The notes under the pieces were generated by a model that was not told the DNA's origin, did not search any database, and worked only from the letters and a program-made list of their open reading frames with translations. From Myxococcales bacterium (GTDB taxonomy: Bacteria; Myxococcota_A; Polyangia; Polyangiales; Houyiibacteriaceae): a DNA stretch of 64,000 bases. Where the stretch lies: positions 14,567 to 78,566 of the forward strand of contig JAHEEE010000004.1 of assembly GCA_024640845.1 (NCBI GenBank), given 5' to 3'. Of this stretch, positions 56,256 to 64,000 are shown piece after piece. Position 1 is the stretch's first letter; the number at the start of each line of letters is the position of its first letter. Both the position numbers and the translations under genes were made by a program.

Positions 56256-57565
56256 AGCTCGTCACCTCACACGAGAACACCGACTTCGATGGGCTGGCCT
56301 CGTGTGTAGCGCTTCAGAAGCTCCTGCCAGGGGCCGTGATTGGCCTCAGCGGCGGGTTCGCCTCGAACGTCCACCAGTACCTGACGCTCCACAGGGATCG
56401 GTTTCGCGTCGAGCGTTGTGAGGATCTCGATTTGTCCGAGGTCGATCTCCTCGCCGTGACCGACGTTCGAAAGCGCCATCGCCTCGCGCATGTCGAGCCG
56501 GTGTTCCAGCGAGCCGTCGACAACCCGCGAAGCGTGCGCGTCATCGTGTGGGATCACCATCCGGCGTCGCCCGACGATCTTCATGCTGACGAAGAGCACG
56601 TGCAGCCGGTCGGCTCGGTCACCACGTTGCTCGTCGAGGAGCTCCGAGCGCGCGGGATCGAGATCGACCGGAAAGAGGCGACCCTGTTTTCGCTCGGCAT
56701 TCACGAGGACACCGGATCGCTCTCGTACGCCCGTTCGAGCTCGCGGGATGCCACGGCTCTGGCTTGGCTCCTCGGACACGGCGCACAACCGGCTCTCCTG
56801 CAGCGATTCCTTCGACCCGCGCTCAACGGAATGGAACGCGACTTGCTGGTTCGACTGATCGACGGTGTGAAGGAACTGCCGCGATTCGGGGTCTCGATCG
56901 GGGTCTCGGCGTTGGAAACCGAAGAAGTCCCCGCGAGTCTCGCGCTCGTCTCGACCGAGGCGTTTCGCATTCTGTCTCACGACGCGCTCTTTTGCATCTA
57001 TCGCTTGCCCAACGGCAAGTCGCACATCGTCGGCCGTGCTCAAGCCAACGCGGTGCCCATTGGTGCGATCCTCGAAAGGCTCGGTGGGGGAGGGCACGCC
57101 GGCGCCGGCTCGGCGTCGGTTCACGGTCTCTCGCTCGACGAGATCGTGAGTCGCCTCGAGGAAGGCGTCGACCGTTGCTGCCTCCAGCCGCAGTTCGTAC
57201 GCGACCTCATGTCGAGCCCTGTTCGCACGGTCGGCCCCGGCACACCACTTTCCGAGCTCGCGAGCTCGTTGCGCGAGTGGGGGCATACCGGTGCCCCGGT
57301 CGTCGTCGATGGGCAACTCGTCGGGGTCGTTTCACGCCGCGACGTCGAGCGCGCGCAACGCGAAGGCCGAGGCCATCTCGCTGTGAAGAGCTGCATGGCG
57401 CACCATGTCTCGAGCATCGGTCCCGACGCGCCGCTCCAAGAAGCCCTCGAGCAGATGCAGACGCACAACATCGGCCGGCTCCCGGTGCTCGATGGGACGC
57501 GGGTGATCGGCATCCTTTCCCGCGAGGACGTTCTCGGATATCTCTACGAGCAGTCGCCCTGCTGA
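56252..57565 (+). CDS. DHH/DHHA1 phosphoesterase fused to a C-terminal CBS pair
   Basis: GTG start overlaps the previous stop (GTGA). Contains 'HENTDFDGLAS', 'WDHH' and 'GGGGHAGAG', followed by two CBS motifs. Confidence 0.8.
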   Translation: MKLVTSHENTDFDGLASCVALQKLLPGAVIGLSGGFASNVHQYLTLHRDRFRVERCEDLDLSEVDLLAVTDVRKRHRLAHVEPVFQRAVDNPRSVRVIVWDHHPASPDDLHADEEHVQPVGSVTTLLVEELRARGIEIDRKEATLFSLGIHEDTGSLSYARSSSRDATALAWLLGHGAQPALLQRFLRPALNGMERDLLVRLIDGVKELPRFGVSIGVSALETEEVPASLALVSTEAFRILSHDALFCIYRLPNGKSHIVGRAQANAVPIGAILERLGGGGHAGAGSASVHGLSLDEIVSRLEEGVDRCCLQPQFVRDLMSSPVRTVGPGTPLSELASSLREWGHTGAPVVVDGQLVGVVSRRDVERAQREGRGHLAVKSCMAHHVSSIGPDAPLQEALEQMQTHNIGRLPVLDGTRVIGILSREDVLGYLYEQSPC

Positions 57566-57599
57566 TGTGAGGTCCCAGCGGCCGCGGGTGGGGAGTCGG

Positions 57600-59030
57600 T
57601 CAGGCCCGCGCTCTGAGAGTCGCGACCTCACTCACGAAGCCGGCGCCGATGTCCTCCAGGTCCGGGACCAGATCGGCGCAGGCCAAGGCGCCGAAACACA
57701 AGCGGTCGATTGCGCTCATGACGGTGATGTTGAGCCCGGAGCCTTGTTGCACCGGTCCAAGCGGGAAGAGGTGCGTGAGCCTCGCGCCCGTCGTGTAGAG
57801 AGGCTCGGGCGGACCCGCGATGTTCGAGATGACGAGGTTCCAAAGGGGGGGGAGTCGATCCGCCAGGTGCTGTGAGGAGAAGAGGCTCATTGCGTGGGTG
57901 AGCATCCAAGGGACCGTGATGTTCGTTACGACGTCGGCGAAGTTCTTGAGGATATCCCCGCCACCGCCGCTTTGATGCCGCATCTTCATGCGGTTGGTTT
58001 CCTCGTGAATTCGCAGCAGTCGCTCGAGTGGGTCTGCGACCTGGATAGGCAAGTGCGCGCGAATGACCGAGACTCGATTGGCTGCTTGATCTCCCTCGTG
58101 GCGAACCGAGACCGGAACCGTCGCCACCAAAGGGCGGTCGGGGAGCCCTCCATGAAGAGCGAGCCAATCGCGCAGGCTCGCCGTGCACGCCGCCAGTATT
58201 ACGTCATTCACCGTGGTCCCAAACGCTTGCTTGATGGCCTTCACGTCTTCGAACGGAACGTCGACGAGCGCCACGGAGCGATTTCGGGTCAGCGCGCCGT
58301 TGAACGGCGTGGCGGGCGACTCGAAGAGCGGTCCTTTGGACGCGTGGTTCTCATCCGTTGAAGCGTGCGACTCGGAAGGTACACGGGCCCTCACGGCCGA
58401 GGTGACTTTCGCGGCGGCCTCGATCGCGCGCCGCGGTTTGCCAAGCAGCGTGCGAAGCGTGTCCGCAGCAAGCCAGGGAACACTCGGCTCGCGGTCCGGG
58501 ATCCACGGTTCTTCTGGAGGTGGGAACGCCCGGCCCTCGGGGGTCGTGTCGAGCAGCTCGCCCGCAATCGCCGCCGCGCGGCCGCCATCCATGGCGGCAT
58601 GGTGGATCTTCATGATCAGCGCGAGCTTGTCGCCCTCGAGCCCCTCGACGAGCATCACCTTCCACAGCGGCCGATCGCGATCGAGGCAACTCGCTGCAAA
58701 GGTGCCGACGAGGTCACAAAGCTCGCGCATGCCGCCAGGTGCGGGAAGCGAGGTGCGGACGAGATGATGATCGAGGTCGAAGGCCGGGTCCTCAATCCAG
58801 TGGGGATCGCCGATCTTCAAGGGCCCTTGGACGATCCGGCGGCGAAAGGCGGGAATCAGATGAATCCGCTCGGAGAAGACGCGTCGAGTGACGTCGAATC
58901 GTGACAGCTCGCCGTTCGTAGCGGGCGGAAGCTCATCGGTCTCGAAGAGCAAGACGCCCATCGTGTGCATCGGCATCTCGGGCGTTTCGGCGTACAGCAT
59001 TGCCGCGTCGAGGTTGGAAACGGGGATCAT
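57600..59030 (-). CDS. Wax ester synthase/diacylglycerol acyltransferase (WS/DGAT), second copy
   Basis: Starts 'MIPVSNLDAAMLYAETPEMPMH' and has the active-site motif 'HHAAMDGGRAA'. The start overlaps the upstream stop (ATGA). The 696-aa track ORF is 5'-extended into the upstream gene. Confidence 0.88.
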   Translation of the reverse strand: MIPVSNLDAAMLYAETPEMPMHTMGVLLFETDELPPATNGELSRFDVTRRVFSERIHLIPAFRRRIVQGPLKIGDPHWIEDPAFDLDHHLVRTSLPAPGGMRELCDLVGTFAASCLDRDRPLWKVMLVEGLEGDKLALIMKIHHAAMDGGRAAAIAGELLDTTPEGRAFPPPEEPWIPDREPSVPWLAADTLRTLLGKPRRAIEAAAKVTSAVRARVPSESHASTDENHASKGPLFESPATPFNGALTRNRSVALVDVPFEDVKAIKQAFGTTVNDVILAACTASLRDWLALHGGLPDRPLVATVPVSVRHEGDQAANRVSVIRAHLPIQVADPLERLLRIHEETNRMKMRHQSGGGGDILKNFADVVTNITVPWMLTHAMSLFSSQHLADRLPPLWNLVISNIAGPPEPLYTTGARLTHLFPLGPVQQGSGLNITVMSAIDRLCFGALACADLVPDLEDIGAGFVSEVATLRARA

Positions 59031-60268
59031 GATGCGGCTCCAGGCGTCAAGAACCCGAGCCCCACCATGAATCTGGCCATCTCGGTCAGATACTCGCCGC
59101 GATCGAGGTGTATGCTGTGGCTCCCCGGGAACCAATGAATCCGGCACCGGTTCCAGTGGTCCCAGAGGATCCTCGAATGCTTCGGCGGCGCGAGGCGATC
59201 TCCGGCTCCACCGACGATCATCAAGCGCTCGGGTGGGAGCACCGGTGGGTATGTGAGCGGGCAGCTCACAGCCACGAGGCGACGCGCATCCGCGGGGCTG
59301 AGCCCGGACGCGGCGAGCGCCGCACGCATCAGCGCGCCGATGGGCTGCCACTCCAATACCAGATCGGCCACCGTGATGATCGGCACGTTGGGCAATGCGA
59401 AGGCGAGCTTGTCTTCCACGCTTGCGAGCATCGCCGAGATGAATCCACCCAAGCTGAGGCCGGTCACGCCCACCTGCTCGACTCCTTGTTGGCGCTGGAG
59501 CCAATCGAGCAGAATCCGAAAATCGAACACCGACTGCGCGACGGCTTCGTTGAATCGAGACGAGCCGCCGGCGAAGAAGCCGTGCCCTGAAAACGGAGAG
59601 AACCGAGTTTGGCGCGGCCCATGAAAGGGAAGCGTGAAGAGCGCGATGTCGCAGCCCATTCGGTAGAACCAAGGGAGCGCGAAGAACCACTCGTTGATGA
59701 GGTAGCCCTCTGCAGTGAAGCCATGGATTGCCACGATCGTGGGTCGTGGGCCTTTGCGGTGGCGCACGAGGCGTGCGTACGCGACGCGGTTTTCGTCGTG
59801 GCGGAGATACGGCTTGTGCTGGTCGGGATGGACGGGTTGAAAAGGGCTATCGAAACGCAGCACCTCGCAGATGCCATCCTCCGGTTCGAAACGAGGAAAC
59901 CAGCGCCCTCGTTTCGTTCGCACGCGCACGCCCGAAGGCGGCTCTCGAAAGAACCGAGTCGGATCGCGGGACTCGGCCATGTCCGCGTAGAGCCCAACGC
60001 TCCGCATCGACCTCCGGAGCTCGATCGGATTGAACCCGAAAGGAATGGCGGTTGCGCCCACCATCGTGCCGAAAATTGCCCTGACGATGTGGTCGAACCC
60101 CGCTGCGGCGGCGATCTGCAGCCGATCGGCGCGAGCCAAGTCGAAGGCTTCGGGCCGCCGAGAGAAATCTCGGTCGAGCTGCTCCCACCACCGGCCTGTG
60201 GGCATTAATGGCGCCGAGCGTTCATAGGATTCGTGAACGATGCGCGACACAACCGACGAGTCGACCAT
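59027..60268 (-). CDS. Alpha/beta hydrolase (putative lipase/esterase) co-transcribed with WS/DGAT
   Basis: 413 aa with the nucleophile elbow 'GLSLGG' and an alpha/beta-fold layout. Confidence 0.7.
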   Translation of the reverse strand: MVDSSVVSRIVHESYERSAPLMPTGRWWEQLDRDFSRRPEAFDLARADRLQIAAAAGFDHIVRAIFGTMVGATAIPFGFNPIELRRSMRSVGLYADMAESRDPTRFFREPPSGVRVRTKRGRWFPRFEPEDGICEVLRFDSPFQPVHPDQHKPYLRHDENRVAYARLVRHRKGPRPTIVAIHGFTAEGYLINEWFFALPWFYRMGCDIALFTLPFHGPRQTRFSPFSGHGFFAGGSSRFNEAVAQSVFDFRILLDWLQRQQGVEQVGVTGLSLGGFISAMLASVEDKLAFALPNVPIITVADLVLEWQPIGALMRAALAASGLSPADARRLVAVSCPLTYPPVLPPERLMIVGGAGDRLAPPKHSRILWDHWNRCRIHWFPGSHSIHLDRGEYLTEMARFMVGLGFLTPGAAS

Positions 60269-60342
60269 CGAGAGAGCTTACACGAAACCGGCGCTTCTGG
60301 GTTGGCCCTCCGCACTCGGATTGGTAGTCTCCGGCTTCTGCA

Positions 60343-61692
60343 ATGCACGTCCGTGTTCGAAAAGGGTTGAACATCCCGATCGCGGGCGAGCCGGAGCAGC
60401 GGATCTACGATGCCGAGCCCGCTGGCTGGGTCGGGCTTGCGGTTCGGGACTTCCGAGGGCTTCGCCCGCGACTGCTTGCTGAAGTCGGAGGGCGCGTCGT
60501 TCTCGGCCAGCCGCTGCTCGTCGACAAGAACAATCCCGAGGTGATGTTTAGCTCGCCCGGATGCGGCGAAGTCGTGGCGATACACCGCGGCGACCGTCGG
60601 GCATTACAGTCGATCGTGATTCGCCTCGAGGGCGACGAAGAGGAGACCTTCGGCGCCCACGAGTCCGAGGCCCTGGCCACTCTCGATCGCGACATCGTTC
60701 GACAGAAGCTGCTCAGCTCTGGGGCATGGACGTCGTTCCGCACTCGTCCGTTTGGCAAGGTGCCGCAGGCCGACGCCTCCCCTCATTCGATTTTCGTGAC
60801 CGCGATCGACACCAACCCGCTTGCGGCCGATCCCGCGGTCGTTCTCGCCGAACGCGCTCGAGAGTTTCGCGACGGCCTCGCCGTGGTCAGCCGCCTCACC
60901 GACGGGTTGGTCCACGTCTGCCAAGCACCAGGTCCGAGTCTTCTGCTCCCAGCAATCGAACGCGTGAAACACGCCGTGTTCGAGGGGCCGCACCCCGCCG
61001 GCCTGGTTGGCACCCACATCCATTTTCTCGACCCGGTGAGCCAAAACAAGTCGGTGTGGTACATCCACTACCAAGACGTGGTCGCGATTGGCGCCCTCTT
61101 CACGACCGGTAGGGTCCACACCGAACGGGTCGTCGCGCTTGGAGGCCCGCTCGCGCGGCGCCCGCGTTTGATTCGCACGCGGGTTGGTGCCAGCACCCAG
61201 GAGCTGCTCGAGGGCGAAGTCGAGCCTGTCCCTTGTCGCGTGGTCTCCGGATCGATCCTCGGCGGCCGGCGCGCCGCTGGTAAAGCGCGATACCTAGGCC
61301 CCTACGACCTCCAACTCAGCGTTCTTCACGAGGACAACTCTCGCCATTTTCTCGACTGGCTGGCACCGGGCTTCGGCAAGTATTCGGCCATTCGAGCGTT
61401 CGCCGCGACGCTCCGTCCGCAAAGCCATCGTTTCGCGCTCAGCACTTCCCAGCAAGGCAGCCCTCGCGCAATGGTGCCCATCGGGAACTTCGAACGCGTC
61501 ATGCCGCTCGACATCTTGCCTGTGCCGTTGCTCAAGGCGCTCATCGTGGAGGACACCGAGTCCGCCAAAGCCCTCGGTTGCCTCGAGCTCGAAGAGGAAG
61601 ACCTCGCCCTCTGCTCTTTCGTCTGCTGCAGTAAGTACGAGTACGGCACCTTCCTGAGGCGATGCCTGAACCTGATCGAGAAGAACGGCTGA
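60343..61692 (+). CDS. nqrA: Na+-translocating NADH:quinone oxidoreductase subunit A
   Basis: 449 aa, starts 'MHVRVRKGLNIPIAGEP', and is followed by nqrBCD. Confidence 0.92.
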   Translation: MHVRVRKGLNIPIAGEPEQRIYDAEPAGWVGLAVRDFRGLRPRLLAEVGGRVVLGQPLLVDKNNPEVMFSSPGCGEVVAIHRGDRRALQSIVIRLEGDEEETFGAHESEALATLDRDIVRQKLLSSGAWTSFRTRPFGKVPQADASPHSIFVTAIDTNPLAADPAVVLAERAREFRDGLAVVSRLTDGLVHVCQAPGPSLLLPAIERVKHAVFEGPHPAGLVGTHIHFLDPVSQNKSVWYIHYQDVVAIGALFTTGRVHTERVVALGGPLARRPRLIRTRVGASTQELLEGEVEPVPCRVVSGSILGGRRAAGKARYLGPYDLQLSVLHEDNSRHFLDWLAPGFGKYSAIRAFAATLRPQSHRFALSTSQQGSPRAMVPIGNFERVMPLDILPVPLLKALIVEDTESAKALGCLELEEEDLALCSFVCCSKYEYGTFLRRCLNLIEKNG

Positions 61693-62906
61693 TGGATCCA
61701 CTTCGAAATCTCTTGGACAAGCTCGAGCCCCAGTTTCGCAGGGGCGGTCGTCTCGAGAGTTATCAGGCGGTCTTCGAGATGCTCGACACGCTCTTGTACT
61801 CGCCGTCGGACGTCTCCCGCCGCGCCCCGCACGTTCGCGACGCCATCAACCTCAAGCGGGTGATGGGGCTGGTCGTGGTTGGCGTGCTGCCATGCGCGCT
61901 CGTCGGCATGTGGAACACCGGATATCAGGCGAACCTCGCGATTGCGAACCTCGCGCTCGATGGCCCGAGTGGTTGGCGCGGCGCTGTGATGACGGCCCTC
62001 GGTATCGGACACGACCCGAGCAAGATCGGCGAGGCGATGTTTCATGGGCTCCTCTACTTCCTGCCGATCTACCTGGTCACGCTCATGGCCGGCGGCTTTT
62101 GGGAAGTCCTCTTCGCGGGCATTCGCAACCACGAGGTCAACGAAGGCTTCTTCGTCACCTCGATCCTCTATGCGCTGACGCTTCCGGCGACGACACCGCT
62201 CTGGCAAGTCGCGCTCGGCATTTCGTTCGGTGTGGTCATTGCCAAAGAGGTATTCGGCGGGACCGGTAAGAATTTCATGAATCCGGCGCTCGCCGGGCGC
62301 GCGTTCCTCTACTTTGCATACCCCATCGAAATGTCCGGCGAGTCCGTGTGGGTGCCTCCGGTCGACGTCATCACCGGGGCAACGCCCCTCGCAATAGCTG
62401 CCGAAAGTGGTGTCGCCGGGATCATCGACAGCGGTGTCACGTGGATGGATGCGTTCCTGGGACCGATTCAGGGCTCGCTCGGAGAGACATCGGCCGTCGC
62501 TTGCCTGCTTGGCGGGATCTTCATCGTCTACACGGGGGTGGCGTCATGGCGCATCATCGCCGGCGTGTTGCTCGGGACGGTCGCCACGGCTCTGCTCTTC
62601 AACGCAGCCGGATCCGATACCAACCCCATGTTCGCAATGAGCTGGGAGTGGCATTTCGTGCTCGGCGGCTTTGCGTTCGGCGCTGTCTTCATGGCCACCG
62701 ATCCGGTCACCGCGTGCGTCACCAATCCGGGGCGTTGGTTGTTTGGGGTTCTCGTCGGCGCACTCACCGTCGTCATCCGAGTCGTCAACCTGGCCTTTCC
62801 AGAGGGCATCATGCTGGCGATATTGTTCGCCAACATCTTCGCGCCGACGATCGACCATTTCGTCATGCGTGCCAACATCAACCGAAGGGTGAAGCGAAGT
62901 GCTTGA
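61692..62906 (+). CDS. nqrB: Na+-NQR subunit B
   Basis: The ATG overlaps the nqrA stop (TGATG). Multi-TM, with 'SFGVVIAKEVFGGTGKNFMNPAL' and 'ATDPVT'. Confidence 0.92.
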   Translation: MDPLRNLLDKLEPQFRRGGRLESYQAVFEMLDTLLYSPSDVSRRAPHVRDAINLKRVMGLVVVGVLPCALVGMWNTGYQANLAIANLALDGPSGWRGAVMTALGIGHDPSKIGEAMFHGLLYFLPIYLVTLMAGGFWEVLFAGIRNHEVNEGFFVTSILYALTLPATTPLWQVALGISFGVVIAKEVFGGTGKNFMNPALAGRAFLYFAYPIEMSGESVWVPPVDVITGATPLAIAAESGVAGIIDSGVTWMDAFLGPIQGSLGETSAVACLLGGIFIVYTGVASWRIIAGVLLGTVATALLFNAAGSDTNPMFAMSWEWHFVLGGFAFGAVFMATDPVTACVTNPGRWLFGVLVGALTVVIRVVNLAFPEGIMLAILFANIFAPTIDHFVMRANINRRVKRSA

Positions 62907-63696
62907 GGTCCACAAAGAGCAGAACATCAAGCGCGAGAGCGTCGCACGTACCTTGCTGGTCGCGTTCTTCGTCAGCCTCGTGTGTTCTTCTCTGGTGGCG
63001 TCCGCGGCCGTCGTGCTCAAGCCGCGGCAGGTCGCAAACGCGTTGCTCGACGTTCGGCGAAACATCCTCGAAGTCGCTGGTCTCATGGAGCCGGGGGGTG
63101 ACGTGAACGAGCTGTTCGGCAGTATCGAGCCGCGCATCGTTGATCTCGAGACCGGCGCCTACGACGACGACATCGATCCCGAGGAGTTCGATTCGGTTCG
63201 AGCAGCCAAGGATCCTAAGCAGAGCGTTGCGATTCCCCCGGACCTCGACCTGGCCCGTATCGGCCGCCGCGCGAAGCACGCGCGGATCTACCTCGTGCGA
63301 GAGGGCGACGAGGTGAGCCGCATCATCTTGCCGGTGTCAGGGTACGGCCTCTGGTCCACGTTGTACGGCTTCCTCGCCCTCGAGCCCGACGGAAACACCG
63401 TCGCTGACATCGTGTTCTACGAGCACGGGGAGACCGCCGGAATAGGCGATTTCGTGACCAAAGATGCCTGGCGCGCAGACTGGCCTGGCAAGCTGGTGTA
63501 CGACGAAGAGGGTAGGGTTCGCCTGGAGGTTCGCAAAGGCCGCGCAGCGGCCGACGACCCGCTGTCTGGCTACCGCGTCGACGGTGTTTCGGGTGCGACC
63601 CTCACCGGAAACGGCGTCACGAACCTGATTCGCTACTGGCTCGGCGACCACGGTTACGGTCCGTTCCTGCGCAAGGTTCAAAGGGAGGGCCCATGA
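62899..63696 (+). CDS. nqrC: Na+-NQR subunit C
   Basis: 265 aa with a GTG start. Has the FMN-attachment region '[14 protein letters not shown]'. Confidence 0.9.
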   Translation: MLEVHKEQNIKRESVARTLLVAFFVSLVCSSLVASAAVVLKPRQVANALLDVRRNILEVAGLMEPGGDVNELFGSIEPRIVDLETGAYDDDIDPEEFDSVRAAKDPKQSVAIPPDLDLARIGRRAKHARIYLVREGDEVSRIILPVSGYGLWSTLYGFLALEPDGNTVADIVFYEHGETAGIGDFVTKDAWRADWPGKLVYDEEGRVRLEVRKGRAAADDPLSGYRVDGVSGATLTGNGVTNLIRYWLGDHGYGPFLRKVQREGP

Positions 63697-64000
63697 GCTC
63701 CCCAGCCAAGCGCGCACTGCTCGACCCTATCGTGGACGACAATCCCGTCACGTTGCAGGTGCTCGGCATCTGCTCTGCCCTGGCGGTCACCACGTCGCTT
63801 CTACCGTCGTTGTACATGTGCGTCGCGCTCACCGTGGTCGCATCGCTCGCAAACGCCTCGGTGAGCGCGATCCGAAAGGTTCTCCCCAACAGCATCCGCA
63901 TCATCGTGCAAATGACCATCATCGCCTCACTCGTGATCGTCGTCGACGAATCCCTCAAAGCCTTTGCGTTCGAGACGAGTCGCGAGCTTTCAGTCTTCGT
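63693..64000 (+). CDS. nqrD: Na+-NQR subunit D (5' part, truncated by window end)
   Basis: My own translation from the ATG at 63693 (ATGA overlap with nqrC) gives '[35 protein letters not shown]...', which is canonical NqrD/RnfE. It is absent from the ORF track because no stop lies within the window. Confidence 0.88.
   Translation, partial: MSSPAKRALLDPIVDDNPVTLQVLGICSALAVTTSLLPSLYMCVALTVVASLANASVSAIRKVLPNSIRIIVQMTIIASLVIVVDESLKAFAFETSRELSVF

Overview
GC-rich bacterial chromosomal window with about 60 protein genes. I saw no rRNA, tRNA, CRISPR array, transposase or integrase. The gene content (eukaryote-like Ser/Thr kinase, many sigma-54 features, Na+-NQR, WS/DGAT) suggests a Myxococcota-like deltaproteobacterium, but taxonomy cannot be proven from this window. 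Positions 1-23 kb are mostly housekeeping: MoxR ATPase, Grx4/BolA, FabD, H+-PPase, Pgi, ROK glucokinase, Nth, SahR-AhcY and others. Positions 23.9-60.3 kb look like one coherent low-oxygen/quiescence locus. It holds a globin-coupled histidine kinase convergent with a sigma-54 enhancer-binding response regulator. It also holds 5 universal-stress-protein genes (7 USP domains), 4 CBS-domain genes, a hemerythrin, and 2 WS/DGAT storage-lipid synthases. A four-gene glycogen operon contains a 1417-aa GT3 synthase/GT35 phosphorylase fusion, and there is a complete cbb3 oxidase operon (fused CcoNO, CcoQ, monohaem CcoP, CcoG, CcoS, CcoI). By eye I found seven -24/-12 (sigma-54 type) promoter candidates in front of these units. 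I also found a recurrent 13-bp palindrome, CGCA-N5-TGCG, usually as pairs with centres 29-30 bp apart, lying 40-100 bp upstream of the promoters. This is the signature expected for enhancer sites of the locus-encoded activator. My main hypothesis is an O2-sensing GcHK -> bEBP -> RpoN regulon that is functionally analogous to the mycobacterial DosR dormancy regulon. Other oddities are an inverted pair of ~150-bp intergenic repeats 20 kb apart, and a 179-nt element closed by a perfect 23-bp stem nested in one of those repeats. The window ends in nqrABCD (nqrD truncated). All promoter, operator and RNA calls come from reading the sequence and are untested. Many long ORFs in the track are antisense shadows or 5'-extended, and I trimmed those.
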